Positions 1 through 13,500 of a stretch of DNA of 64,000 bases are shown one piece after another. The notes beneath the pieces are model-generated. The model was not told the DNA's origin and did no database searches. It saw nothing but the letters and a program-made list of their open reading frames with translations. This stretch comes from Mytilus trossulus (lineage: Eukaryota). Location: NCBI RefSeq assembly GCF_036588685.1, contig NC_086374.1:46252001-46316000 (forward strand), read 5' to 3'. Each line of letters starts with the position of its first letter. Position 1 is the first letter of the stretch. Both the position numbers and the translations under genes were made by a program.

Positions 1-160
1 TCACGGATTTGACTATACTTTTTGGAACTTTTGGATTAAAGCTCTTCGTCTTTTGTATAAGCTTTGGATTTTTAATATTTTGGACACGAGCATCACTCAA
101 GAGACATGCATTGTCGAAATGTGCATCTGGTGCAGGAATATTGGTACCGTTAATGTTATT
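1..160 (+). mobile_element. Retrozyme subfamily 2 fragment with hammerhead at 88-133; a second fragment lies at 24216-24259
   Basis: GCAUCA-CUCAAGA-GACA(UGCAU)UGUC-GAAA-U(GUGC)A-UC-UGGUGC. Same fold with different stems and one core substitution. Confidence 0.65.
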
Positions 161-1282
161 ATAACATATATAATCAAATTCTCTTTTAATTTTTCAATAT
201 GTTTTTATTATTAATATTAACTAGACTGCTTACTTTTTTTTAACTAATGATCAATTGCACTTCTGTGAAGAACAATTCAAGTCAGGAAAATGGCCATTGT
301 TATATTATAGTACGTATCTGTGTGTATAATATTTTAATGTTATTTCTAATATGCCGTTGTTCTCCTCTTACAATTGATGCGTTTCCCTTAGTTTTAGTTT
401 GTAACCCGGGTTTGTTTTGTTCTTAATCGATTTATGAGTTTCAAACAGCGGTATAATATTGTTGCCTTTATTTAGCAAGCATTAAAAAGTTCCATTTGTC
501 AATGTTTTCGATCATTCATCAACTAGATTACCAATCTATATTTTGATTATAGGAGTGTTAAACGCCCTTACAGAAAAGAAAAGAAAGACGATAAGAAATA
601 CATGTTAATTGCATAACATGAAATGAATATGATATAAAGTTTACTAGTAAATTGAATGAGATGAGACTTCAAAAGGAACGATGAGTGACCTCCAAAACGA
701 TATACATTTTTTAAAGATTTTGGCACCGTCGAAATGTATATAACCTTAATATGAACTCGACTGAGTCATTTAGGATCAAGAATGACAAAATAATTTTACA
801 GATGTTTTCCTGCATAGAAGGTCTCTCCTTAAGTTAACCATTCGCTAAAGACCGTTACCAAGGATTTATTGCGTATTTGATAAATCTTATAACCTTGCAT
901 GGTAATTTGTATTCGTCGGCTTGAATACTTTTGTCAAATTCCTAACCCCAAGGGTTCCCTCAAGGGTGTTGAAGATTGATACAGTCTTAAGCCGTCGGAT
1001 GGAATTGAAAAGTCGAGTAATCCTATTTGGATTCTGATAAATAAAAACACATTATTCATTTATTGTCGTTGTAATCAATTTTCGTGGAATGCTGAAAAGT
1101 TTCCTATTCGTGGATATTTGATTTCGTGGTATTGCATATCGCTGTATACAAAGACTTTTGAAAATATGTAATTCGTTGAACATTTGAATGCGTGCTTCAC
1201 CTGTATCCACGAAATCCACGAAAATTGGTATACAACGAATAATAATGAATCTACAGTAATACTTATGATATAATGCACCCAC

Positions 1283-1468
1283 CAAAGAATGTGTCAAAGC
1301 CTCTGTTTGTTGGCAAATATTCTTCTTTGCGAAATCCAAGATGCCATTTGTCAACTGCATGAGTGGCATTACCTGCCGACTTCATCTTATCAGCTATAGT
1401 TTGAATTTCAAGTGGTAGGCCATTGCTTGTCTAGGATGGATAACACCATGTTGCAGTCCTGTATGAAT
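1283..1468 (-). pseudogene. Degenerate exon-2 equivalent of a second arylsulfatase B-like paralogue
   Basis: Bounded by AG and GT. Reads [14 protein letters not shown]-[1-nt deletion]-NGLPLEIQTIADKMKSAGNATHAVDKWHLGFRKEEYLPTNRGFDTFFG. It is 186 nt versus 187 nt for the intact exon (12260-12074), and GKWHLG has become DKWHLG. Confidence 0.85.
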
Positions 1469-2040
1469 CTAAAACATGAAGCTGTTATAATATATGTTGT
1501 TGCATTAACTGTAAAGCTCCTAGATTAACTGTTTGGTAATTTGCCAGCGACAAGACACTTTGGCAAAACCTTAAACAGTGTTTCCGTCAGTTTTAGTTTG
1601 TAACCGGCCGGATTTGTTTTCTCTCAAGCGATTTTATGGCATTTGAACAGTGGTATACTTCTGTTGCCTTTATCAACGCATGGAGTAAGCGTGTTCAGTT
1701 ATTAAAAGGAAAATAATGTAAACATTGAAAGTAAAACACGTGCACATAAGGACGACAATAGTATACTGCTGTTAAGAAGACATAGATCGATTAAGCGAAA
1801 ATAAATCCGGGACAAAAACCAAAACTGAGGGAAACACATCAACTATAAGAAAAAAAACAAAGAAACACTGAACTGCTACACAAACAAACACGAACATACG
1901 TAGAAACGAACAATTTTAAAAAGAAACTGTCACATTCCTGACTTGGTAGAGGACATTTTAACAATGGTTGAGTCTTATATAGACGGAACGCGCGTCTGGC
2001 GTACTAAATTATAATCCTGGTACCTTTGATAACTATCTCC

Positions 2041-3070
2041 ACACTGACATTGCCATCCTAAACTTCTCCAAAGTCTTCGACACAGTACCCAATAAGAAGC
2101 GCTTTAAAAAAAAACTGACGAATATATGAAATATATAGGTCAAATACACAACTGTCCGAATATGTTCTTTACAAACAGAGATGAAAGTAGAAGTAGAACA
2201 ATCTAAAGAAGTAACAGTGGAGTCTGGTGTATCATAAGGCACAGTCCTAGAACCGTTACTCTTCTTTTGACATATAAATGACCTTCCAGATGACTTCCTA
2301 CTACACAGACCGATAAAGACAGACAAACCATGACACACTCCAAGAAGATCTTTAGAACCTAAGAGTATGGGCAAATAATTGAGGTAAGTGGTTCAACACA
2401 AAGAAATGCTACATTCTAAGCATGAAAAAACAAGAGCCAAAAATTACAGTTTAAACAGACATATTCTACAACAAGTCTAAAATAAACCATTCTTGGGCCA
2501 ACAAATTCTAGATGACTTGAAACGAACTACCAATATTTCCAACATAGCGAAGACGGCAAACTAAGCACTAGGCTTCCTGTGTAGGAATTTTACCAGGTGC
2601 CGATTTGACTTGTACCCGTCAGGTCAACAATGGAGTATGGAGCAATAGTATGTGACCCCTTCACACCTCGAACATCAACAAACTGTGAGATTAATTACAG
2701 GAGACTACAAATCCAGAGAAAATAGTTGGGTCTCTAATATGCTCGCCAAACTGGATTACAAGTCGCTAAAGACGGAAGATAATATTTTTGTACAAAGAGA
2801 TTAAGGGGCTGGTTACTGCTAAAGAACCAGACAAATATTAAGAAAAGCACTTTCCAAAAGAATTATGACTGCCAAGAAATTTCTCAATTACCATATAATG
2901 AATATTGTGGAATTTTAAGTCACGAACAACTCAAAGGGTTTTGATACTCCAGCGAGCATTATTTCAACTTTTTCCTCGTAAAAGCAGTGATCGAGTAAAC
3001 ATACTTTTAAGACACTGTAGTGCGCACACCGAGCGTTGAGAGTTTCAACACTGCTCTTGTGTAACGTCAA
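2041..3070 (+). mobile_element. Degenerate 3' part of a CR1/L2/jockey-group LINE (reverse transcriptase)
   Basis: Translates with stops and frameshifts to TDIAILNFSKVFDTVP, SGVS*GTVLEPLLFF*HINDLP, DDFLLHRPI and WANN*GKWFNTKKCYIL, which match non-LTR RT motifs. Confidence 0.85.
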
Positions 3071-3122
3071 TTAATCGATGGCGTTGTATTAAAGCCATTA
3101 TTGGTATCCTCAAAGTATTCAA

Positions 3123-3390
3123 TAGTTATCAAAGTACCAGGATTATAATTTAGTACGCCAGACGCGCGTTTCATTTACATAAGACTCATCAGTGACGCTC
3201 ATATTTAAATATTTTAAAGCCAAACAAGTAGTACAAAGTTGAAGAGCATTGAGGATTCAAAATTCCAAAAAGTTGTGCCAAATACGACTAAGGTAATCTA
3301 TGCCTGGAATAAGAAAATCCTAAGTATTTCAAAAACTTCAAAGTTTGGTAAGAGGAAATTTATAAAAATGACCACATTATTGATATTCAT
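3123..3390 (-). mobile_element. Retrozyme-type repeat with hammerhead at 3154-3200 (core intact, stem II weakened); a more degraded copy follows at ~3620-3905
   Basis: Near-identical to 16299-16540. Core reads CUGAUGA-GUCUUAUGUAAAU-GAAA-CGCGCG-UC. Confidence 0.8.
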
Positions 3391-4534
3391 GGAGACTGTC
3401 ATATGCTTTCATGAAGTCGTTTTATAGTGTGAATAGTAATTAGGTTTCGAATGAGTAGCCAGATCTGAAACCATGGTTTCATGATTTAAACAAAAACTTC
3501 CTGTCTTTCCAGATTTTTCATTAGGTGCCTGCACATAATGTGTTCAACTACTTTACAAGGGAGTTAGCTTAGAAAACACTCCTGTAGTACAGAATAAGAT
3601 GGTACAAACAAACTAATCATAGATACCAGGATTGAAATTTAATTTTTATGTCAGACACACGTTTTGTCTACAAAGGACTAATTAGTGAAGCTTGAATCAA
3701 AAAATGTTAAAGGCCAAACAAAGTACCGGTTGAAGAGCATTGAGGACCAAATATACCTAAAAGGTAATCTATTCCTAAGGTAAAAAGGCTTAAGTGTTTC
3801 AAAAATTTTGTAAACAGTAAAGTTTTAAATTAAATTATGAATATTTCAATGATTACTCAAGTCAACACTGAATTGCTGACTACTGGGCTGGCGATACAAT
3901 CAGGGTACACTTTTAACACCATGTTTAAACAAATTTTTAGAATGAAGTAGAAAAATTGTTTCTTTCTCTCTCTATTGGTAGAACATCTGAAATATTTTCA
4001 GAAAATAAATGGTGTTTTAGAGTTTCAGGATGACATCTGTTGCACCAATCTCTCATTATAGGCTAAAATATTTGTCAACATAACAAAATGATTATATAAC
4101 TTTTTTAATCTAACATATGATATACAAATTGTAAAGTAACATAAAAAATATTTTAATAAAAAATAATTGAAAACATATTATATAAAGCTCCGTCTACAAA
4201 ATGCATAGTTATATATGTGGAATGTTTTTTAAAAACAATACAAGTGAGATTCATTTAAAGGAAATAATTCCAAAAATTTCAAAAATAATACCATCACCTC
4301 ATTGACGTAAACAGTCTATTAAATAACTACAAGATTTTCATTCCTCTGTCATACAATGAGCACACACATAAAGTATTCTACAAAATGTAAGGTTAAGTAA
4401 TTTAGAATAGCAAACACCATTACAGTCAATTAGAACTGCAAACTTTATTAGTCAATATAAACTTTGTTTTTGAGTAAATGCAACATATTGCACAAGTCCT
4501 GGTACTTTTAACACACAATATCAAGGCTATGATA

Positions 4535-7500
4535 TTACATCCATGGACCCCAGTAGCCACCAAGAAGTTCAGGATTGCCTCTCTTATCTTCCTTAGGATA
4601 ATAGCATGGGACAGAACTATGGTTAAACCCTTGTAACATGTCTAACATTGTCTTTACAATTTCTGGGTATTTATTGGATAAATCAGTATGTTCAGTTGGG
4701 TCTTCAGCAATATCAAACAGCCAGATATTTTTCTTTTCACTTTCATACTGGTTTATTACTGACAGATGTGAGGATGGTTCAGGTATCCAACTACCATTTC
4801 CTGAAAAGATAAAGGTAGCATGTATTTTATATAGTTTTTGTCATTCTGCTTGTGTTTCTATGTAAAACAAAAAATAAAGTGGTTATTTGGGTTATTTTTT
4901 TAATTCCATAATGTTTTTAAAGATTCAATACCTTGAAGTTCTATGGAATATCCAATGATGACTTGTGTAATTAAAACGTTCATGCTCAGCACCAGCTTTG
5001 TATCTTCCTTCTAACATTCTTGTAATAGGAGGACGCAATTAGTTTGGGTTTTTTAATTACTTGTTCATGTTGTTTGATTCTTAATTTATTGCGAGAATAT
5101 AATCATTTGTTTCAGAAGGGAGGTTAAAAAAACAGTTTGTTATGATGAAAATTTTAGTTAGAAAAAATAGAGACAACTTTTTTTGTTTCTGTATCTCATT
5201 AATAAAAGTTTATTTTTTAATATAACTTAAGGAAAAAACATCAGGAAAAAAACATGCCTTTAAGTAGGATGAAAGGTCTGTGTCTTAACTAAACCGTTTA
5301 TCAGGTAAAACAAGATAAACCAATATATTTTACCAAAAACTGATTAATGCTCTCTTTTTCAAACACTTAATTTCACTCAAAACTGGTAACTATACAATAT
5401 TTAGGAAATACATTAGAATTCCATAAATCAATTAAATTGGGAAACATCTCTGTAGCTTCTGATATGGATAAATAATTATTCAAGGTTGATTTCTTTTATT
5501 TAATGAATGGCTATCATTTATTTTGAATTTATTGAACCATAAAACTAATTTTTGACTCTTCACATTGAATAATCCGCGAAGCAGATTATGTTAAATGTGA
5601 AGAGTCAAAAATTTGTTTTATGGTTCAATAAAATCAAAATAAATTATTGCCATTCATTATAAATAAATTTCTATCAAAAATACGGCTCAAAGAACTTTTT
5701 ATATTATTTACCTTGACAATAACAACGTTCACACATGTTGGCGTATGAATACACAACGTCAGAGTGGGCGTGTCACCATAAAAATTGACAACATTGAAAA
5801 TAAAATTAATAATTTTAACCAATCAGAAGACAGTAAATACACAAAATTTATTTATTATGAAAACCATATTTTAAACCTTTGAAAATAATCTCAGTAAAAT
5901 TGAAGTTAAAAACACTTTTTAAAAAGAGACAGCCACAAAAAATACTAATCTCTGACCTTATAAAATATATCCTAAATTTTCTAATTCTTTTTTGACCATG
6001 CAATTAACATTTTTATTTACCAGAAAAATTTGTATAATTTCTGCAAAATTAAATTATTTGATCCATAATCTTAGAGGGAATTTAACCCTCAAAAATTTAG
6101 TTTGATTTGTTATTCAAATTTAAACTGTATGTTAGTTACCTGGATTTCCTGTTATTAACTTCCAATCTTTGTATCTTATGGCAGCTCTTACTCGACTATC
6201 AAATGTGTCATTGTATGCTGGTTCACCAATTGTTTTAAAAAGTGGGTCTATATTATGGAGAAGAACCTCTCTAGGACCTTCAACTCCTTCACTGAAATAA
6301 ATAAACACATAATATATTATTTTGTGAAAGTATATTTCTGTTTAAATAATATAGTTAATTTCTAAATATGTCAACAAGATATGTTTGGAAAGTGTAGCAA
6401 TCTAATCAGCCGAGAGTCTTGCATTTTTTAGTGAAGCTAAGACAGCAAATGAATGTCACACAAGGGTGATAAAGCAAAAATAATATTCATCAGATTAATC
6501 CATTTCAACTCAAAGAATTATTCTCTACAAAACAAAACAAAAATGGTTGCATTTTGCAAGAAAGATTGAAATAACCCCTAATTATTTCCAAGACAACAGA
6601 AGCCATTTTAAAAATTCTGGAATCAGATGAGACATCTGAACATGACAGGTCACATATCTATTAAATGTAAAAAAAAAATGTTTTACTATGGAAGCAGAAG
6701 CCATTTTGAAAATCCCAAGTCAAAATACGCATCTACAATTAACAGTAACTAGTTAGTGACAATGCTGTAAAGATTCTATAAGTTTGGAACACTTTTCAAT
6801 TTCTCACATATGTCCATGGTAACAGTGGTCCTTTTTAAAATGCAAATGTTAAGGCAGTTCAGGAGTGTCTTTATATAATAAGGAAATTTTGAGATGAGCC
6901 AAATAAAATAATATGAGTTTCCTATTACATCTTAAAAAAAAAGGGTAGGTAGATAGAGATTTTTATTTTATTTTGAATTTCTTTTCACATTGAGTCTATA
7001 GGAGAGAAATTCTAACTTTAACAGTGCTTATTGAAAAATGACAAAAAGACATTCAGGTAAGCTTTTTCTGAGCTTAAAATAAAGGGTATGTAGTGAAATA
7101 GGAAACACCTATATTTTTTTTTGTTGACTTGCCATTAATTCTTTGACTAACCTGATTGTTTTCCACTGATCAAAGCCATCCAGAGGTTTTGTTCCATTGA
7201 GATCTCCCCCAGCAAGACCAACCAGTGTTGGGTACCAGTCTGTTACATGCATCAATTCTTTTGTACTGGTCCCTTTATTTTTCAGCATATTGCCATGAAC
7301 GAATCCAACCCCTCTCATTCCACCCTCCCATAATGAGTGTTTCCATCCCCTCAATGGCCAATTGTTTCCTCCAGAAAGGATTTGTCCACCATTGTCTAAT
7401 CATAATTGAAAAGAGTTATTGAATATGAAGTCAAAAGAAATTAAATTTAATACACTTTTTTTAAACACTCTGCATTTGTTTGCACCTGTTCTAAGTCAGG

Positions 7501-10500
7501 AACCTGATGTTCAGTGGTTGTTGTTTGTAGATGTTTTTCCTTTCTCATTATTTTTATATAGATTAGACTATTAGTTTTTCTGTTTGAATGGTTTTACACC
7601 AGTAATTTTTGGGCCCTTTTATAGTTTGCTTTCGGTGTGAGCCAAGGCTCTGTGTTGAAGACAGTACTTTGACCTAAAATGGTCTACTTTTACAAATTGT
7701 GATTTGGATGGAGAGTTGTCTCATTGACACTCATACCACATCTTCTTATATCTACTAATAAAATAAATATAATTGTTGCTTTTTTGTTTAATGAAGAACA
7801 GGTCTTAAACAGAATTTCATGGAGTGACCTTTGAAACTCTGTACCCATGGCTGAGAACAATGTCTGCATTTTCTAAGTTGTACACAGATTTTGAAAGTGT
7901 GACAGGCATGTATTTAGAAACATTAACCATTTCTACCAAAGTTGAGCTTAATTTACATAAAAGTTTACTGATTGCACAACAGGATATGTAACACTAAAAA
8001 TCAGATTGACCAGTCCCCCTTTGAACATTATTCATTTGTGATATTAATTGGGAATATTAGAAAAATTTCATTTTTGAAAACACAGAGGTATTGTTGTTTT
8101 TATCATGAATCCATAGGTATTGATGCTTTGATCATGAACCCTGAGGTATTGATGTTTTGTAAGAACCTGTATGCTTGGATATGATTTTCGTGAACACATA
8201 TGTATTGAATGGGGAAATGTAACATGTAGAAAATCAAATGACTTGACATGTATCTATTTTATATGTGCTATCCCTACCAACTTATAAGCAGCTAGCTTAA
8301 AGGAAATTTCAAACAGACTTAAATGAAAAAATCCAAGCATTGATGCAAATTATTTTGGAATTTCAGTTGAAGAAACTCAGATTTATTTACATCTTTTTTT
8401 AGAAACATTTGCAATTCAATGATTTTGATAACAATGTTTAAGTAAATTTTTCAAATTTATAGCATATTTTTTATATTCCATCCTTAAATAATGATTGGCT
8501 TAAAAAATAATAATTTCCAGACATAGGTCCTATATCAACAACAACAAAAATTGATAACTATGTAAGTTATATATACCAGTTGAAAATACAAGTAGTGTGT
8601 TGTTCCAAAGCCCTTTCTGTTTAAATGTCTGAGTTATATTACCGACAGCTTCATCCATTGCTGATACCATACCTATAACATAATAAAATAACATAATATA
8701 ATGTATTGCCCTCTTATTGTACATCCTTAAAACATCAGATTATTATGTATTATCAACATATAGGATATTAAGAAAAATAAAAAATTCACATATTCTGAAA
8801 GAATACAATCAGTAATATTTCTGATAATAAGAGATATACATTCAATTTTCATTTTTCAATATTGGCCAAAGTTGTATGCATAATTTCACCAAAATCTGTT
8901 ACATAGCCCAACTACTGTTCCTTGACTTTGTCATAAGATACTCAATTTTATGACATTTTGCTAACATGTTCTCATCTTAATTTTTTCATTTATTTATCTT
9001 TAACTAACAAATCAAAACAAACATATACTGGAATTTCCCTTTTTTTGTGTGTGTTTCTGAATAGACCACTTTCTAGTTCATCCGTCACTGGAAAAAAACT
9101 CATCAATTGTGCACACCTTTATGATGTCATTTACCAGATAGAGGGATTCGCCAGTATCCCTGCACTATTTTAAAACTTTCATCAAGAGTCGTAGTGATCG
9201 TCATTGTGCAGGATAAACTAGAAATAATGGTTGTTCTGTAGGTACTTAATGACAATTCCCTAATGACAGCAGTGCTGATAGTCAATGTTTTAGAATTCAA
9301 TTTGCCGTATAATTCATACAACATAGAATTCTAGTTTTCAAACCACTTGCTCAACATTGGAATGGAAGTGACGACGTCCCTAAATGCACAAATGACATTC
9401 ACTAAAACCAGAGTTTTTGACAGAAATGCATCGAACTCGAAAGTTGTCTATAAATTCAGTCTATTTATATGTTGACCAGGTACTAATTTCTTCAACAGAC
9501 ATACATTCATATTGCATAACTTGCCATGGACAAAGTTTTGACCTAGACCTTGACATTAACATAATTCAAACTTACAAATGCTTAACCCAAATCTTGACTG
9601 AAAAGTAATCACCAAAAAATGAAATTCTATTGAATAACTGTAAGTTCAGAAATTATTGTGTGCATTTATTATTGCGATTTTGTCATTTTGGACTAAAATA
9701 CAATTTTAATCTTTGCAAATCTTGAGAAAAATCCTGTTTAACTCAAATTGGAAAAATCATCAAAATGCAAGTTTAAATTATGAGGATTATTACCCTGTCG
9801 CATTTTTTGCAATTTTCTATAAAAATCGTAATTATTTCTGTATTTACAGTACCTGCATATGATCTCCTGTTTCTGTCCTTAATGTTACTATAGGGAGTAA
9901 CATACTCGTCTGGTACTTGTAAGGGAGAATGTACGGCTTGGAATGGAAGGTAAATAAACAATGGCTGAAATATGTATAGAATTAAGCTTAAATATAGATA
10001 GCATTTTTACCTTAAGACATCTTATTTTCTGTATGGTTTTGTTAAAACGAACGCCTGCATTTATGGTTTTTTTTGTGTTTCAGCATTAATACAATTTTTC
10101 TAAGATATTATCAATTTGCAAATTTTAGACTTGTATCTTTAAATGCTGAAAAGCATATCAAGTGTTAAGACTATAAATTTCTTCTTTTACAAAATGACAA
10201 CTTATTAATTTTAGGTCCGTCCTATTGAAATCTCTCCATTGTCTGAAGATATGGAACTCTGTTAAAAATCTCATTTATAATAGTTTTTTTTCAAATTTGA
10301 TATAGCCCTTCAAAAACAAATATAAGGAATTTTCTCTACCTCAATTATTAATGAACATTACTTTTTCTGTTACCTTCTCAGTATTATGATTATTCACTAT
10401 ATCTATGACTTTCTCACTAAATAAGTGTGTTGAGTATTTCCCATCAGCACTTGCAGGTTTTGTGTTGTCACGGAGATCCATTCCACAAAATCCACCATAA

Positions 10501-13500
10501 CATCTTGAGTGCTTAAAATAATCTTCTGAACCAGTGAGATAGCCTAGAAAAGATAAGAACAAACTTATATCATTACATACGAAATTAAGAGATGTGGGTA
10601 ATATGTTAATTAGACAGAAACCCAGGAACACAAATACCAAAAGATGTCTAGATGTTTATTGTCAGTCCTATATCAAAAGCAAAAATGTTTAATATCATGA
10701 TCACCTTTATATTTATTTACAGACTGGTTTTTTTATCCAGATCTTGAATTTTCAGTGTTTAAAACTGTATCTTAAATACATCAATTCTTGACTTAAATAG
10801 ATAATAAACACTTTTCCATTGATTATGGCATTTGCCCACTGGATAAGGGATTGTAATGTCCAAGTACATGTATCTTTAAGTAGCTGTTTTTAATACACAT
10901 TTGTTTTGAGGATGTTTTTCAATTGCTGTTTACCTAACAACTGAAATAAAAATTGCCAGACATGTTCCTGTGAATAGGTTCCTAAAAACTGTTACTTTGA
11001 AGCCAATCTCAAATTCAAAATGGCCCCCATATTATGTAAAGGTTTACATCAAAACCATATAAGACATTACATTTTGCTTTTCCTTTTAAGAGCAGGTACA
11101 TATCTATGGAACAAAACATGCAAAATCTTCACTTGTAGGACAGGTACTTATCAAGTGTTTCTATTGGTCCTGATGAAAAGTCTAATATGGCATCAAGGGG
11201 CCAAAAAGGGGTACGAGAGGTCAAATTGTTACAGATCTTCTTATGGAGACCAACTGAACTAATTAAATCTATTTTTACTTGCCATATATGTTCAAAATGT
11301 GATTACTTGGTTTCTTTTGGTGTTTTGACAAAAATAAATCAAGGTCAGCAATTCAGGTTCAAGGTAATACCATGAATTGCTGACACTGCTAGTTTTAAAT
11401 TCAAACTAACTGCAAAACAGATCTACATGTACTTGTATTTTTTTCTTTTCTGTACAAGATTTTTCTGCTCATGGTGAGTTAAGTTCAAAAATATTTTTTT
11501 AATAAATTCATTGTACAAATGTATGTTTAGAGTAAACTTAAAGTTTACATATAAATAAAATGATGAATACATGTATGAATGCATTTTCCTTTTAAAATAC
11601 CATTCAGGGGTTCAAACTAACATTTGGTGCCGAAAGGTCCAGGACCCTTGACACTTCAAACTGAAAGGTCCACAACATAAATCCCAGATCCTACTTTCAC
11701 ATGAAATACTTCATAACTCATTAGCACACAAAATTAATGTGCTTTTGATGTTATGAAACCATGTTTTATCATATATTTGAACTGCATGTAATGTTTAATT
11801 TAAGTTAATAAATATATTGCCAGGCAACTATATATCACCAAACTGGCAGAGTCACTGTGGTCAAGTTCAATATTTTAGAGCGCTTAAAAAATGGCCTTTA
11901 GCATAAGCTGATTATACATTGGGGACCACAACAATTAAATTTCTTATAACTGCAAAACAAAACATAACACACCTGTTTTTTAATCCTAATAAAATAGTAA
12001 AGAATTATAAAATAGTCTAAAATATTTAACTGGCCTATCAGATATGAACTTAAACCTCATAGTCAAATCTCACCATAATATGAGTCAAACCCTCTGCTTG
12101 TAGGCAAATATTCCTTCTTATAAAATCCTAGATGCCATTTTCCAACTGCATGAGTAGAGTAACCAGCTTGTTTCATTTTATCAGCTATGGTTGGACTGTC
12201 TAAAGGTAAACCACTTGGTTGTAGTGGCCATATAATTCCATGTTGTAATCCAGTATGAATCTGAAGAAGAAAAAAATACAGTAATTTCCTGGTATTTAAG
12301 TTCATGAACTTTCACCTTTTTATTGGTCACATAACATCTGTATAACTTGTATTTCTTTTAATATGCAACCTAATTTTTGTTGGTGTTCTTTTTTTAATTG
12401 TTCACTGTTGATATTTATAGCCTTTCTCTTCTTCGCTGTGAATACCACTCTCACTCTAATATAATTATAATCAATTTAACTATTGTCAGTTTATTGTCTT
12501 AATTTTGTATGCCATAACCATTTAATGTAAATGTGTTTGTGGGAATAAAATATTGTCTATTGTCATATCTTTCATCAAGCATGCATGTGTATTCATTTTC
12601 ACTGTTTAATTTTATCATTACTGGTATATGTACATGTATATGTAATTTAAAACAAATTCAATGTATAAAATATAGAGATGCTTATGATTTGACAATGAGA
12701 CAACTATACGCCAGAGATCAAATGCTATTTTTAAAAAGTGACACCACCAAAATTCTAATTTGATCTGTTTGTTGAGGTATTAAGCAATGTGTAAAAGTTT
12801 CATATACCATTTGGTTGAGGCAAACTAAAGTTAGAGAAGGGAAACAAAAAATTCAGCATGTTTTCCCTGTGTAAAGGGGCATAACTATATAACGGTTAGA
12901 GTGACAGCAACAAAATTCAAACTTGATCTGTATTGTATGGTACATGTATTTAAACCTTTTTTCTTTGTCCTTAAATTTGTCTACTTGTCATTTATTTTTT
13001 CTGCTTGTCTCTTCTTCGCACTAAATTATTCTTGTCGCTAAATTGTGTGACGGTCAGACCATATGAGGTCTTGAAAAGCTATTTCAATATTTTTAAGTAA
13101 CTACCTCCTACAACACATAAATACCGAATAAGAATAAGAATTGTATTAGTTTAAAATCAAAACAATAGGATTGTTACTAAATCAAACCAATACAAAATCA
13201 AAACAAAACAAACAAACAAACAGACAGACAAATGTACATGACATAGAAGGCTTCACAGCAACAAAATAAAACATTTCAATTTATCATAATATTTCGGACT
13301 AATACAGTTCTAGATTACTGATTCCTTTTGATATTGTTAAGATGTTCAGAGTGAATTTCTGATTTGTTTAACATCAGGACACAGAATCACAAAAGGAAAT
13401 CAAATAGTTTTCAAATGTAGTTCAAATAATTATACAGTCTGGCATTCTGGGACGCCTTCCTACAATTTAGAAAGGGTCCATTTGCCCTGATTCCTGTCCA

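Noticed and set aside
1052-1369. 105-aa minus-strand ORF
   Set aside because: It is an out-of-frame read of the sulfatase pseudo-exon running into a TA-flanked MITE fragment (~1062-1258).
2033-2374. 113-aa minus-strand ORF
   Set aside because: Antisense shadow of the degenerate LINE RT.
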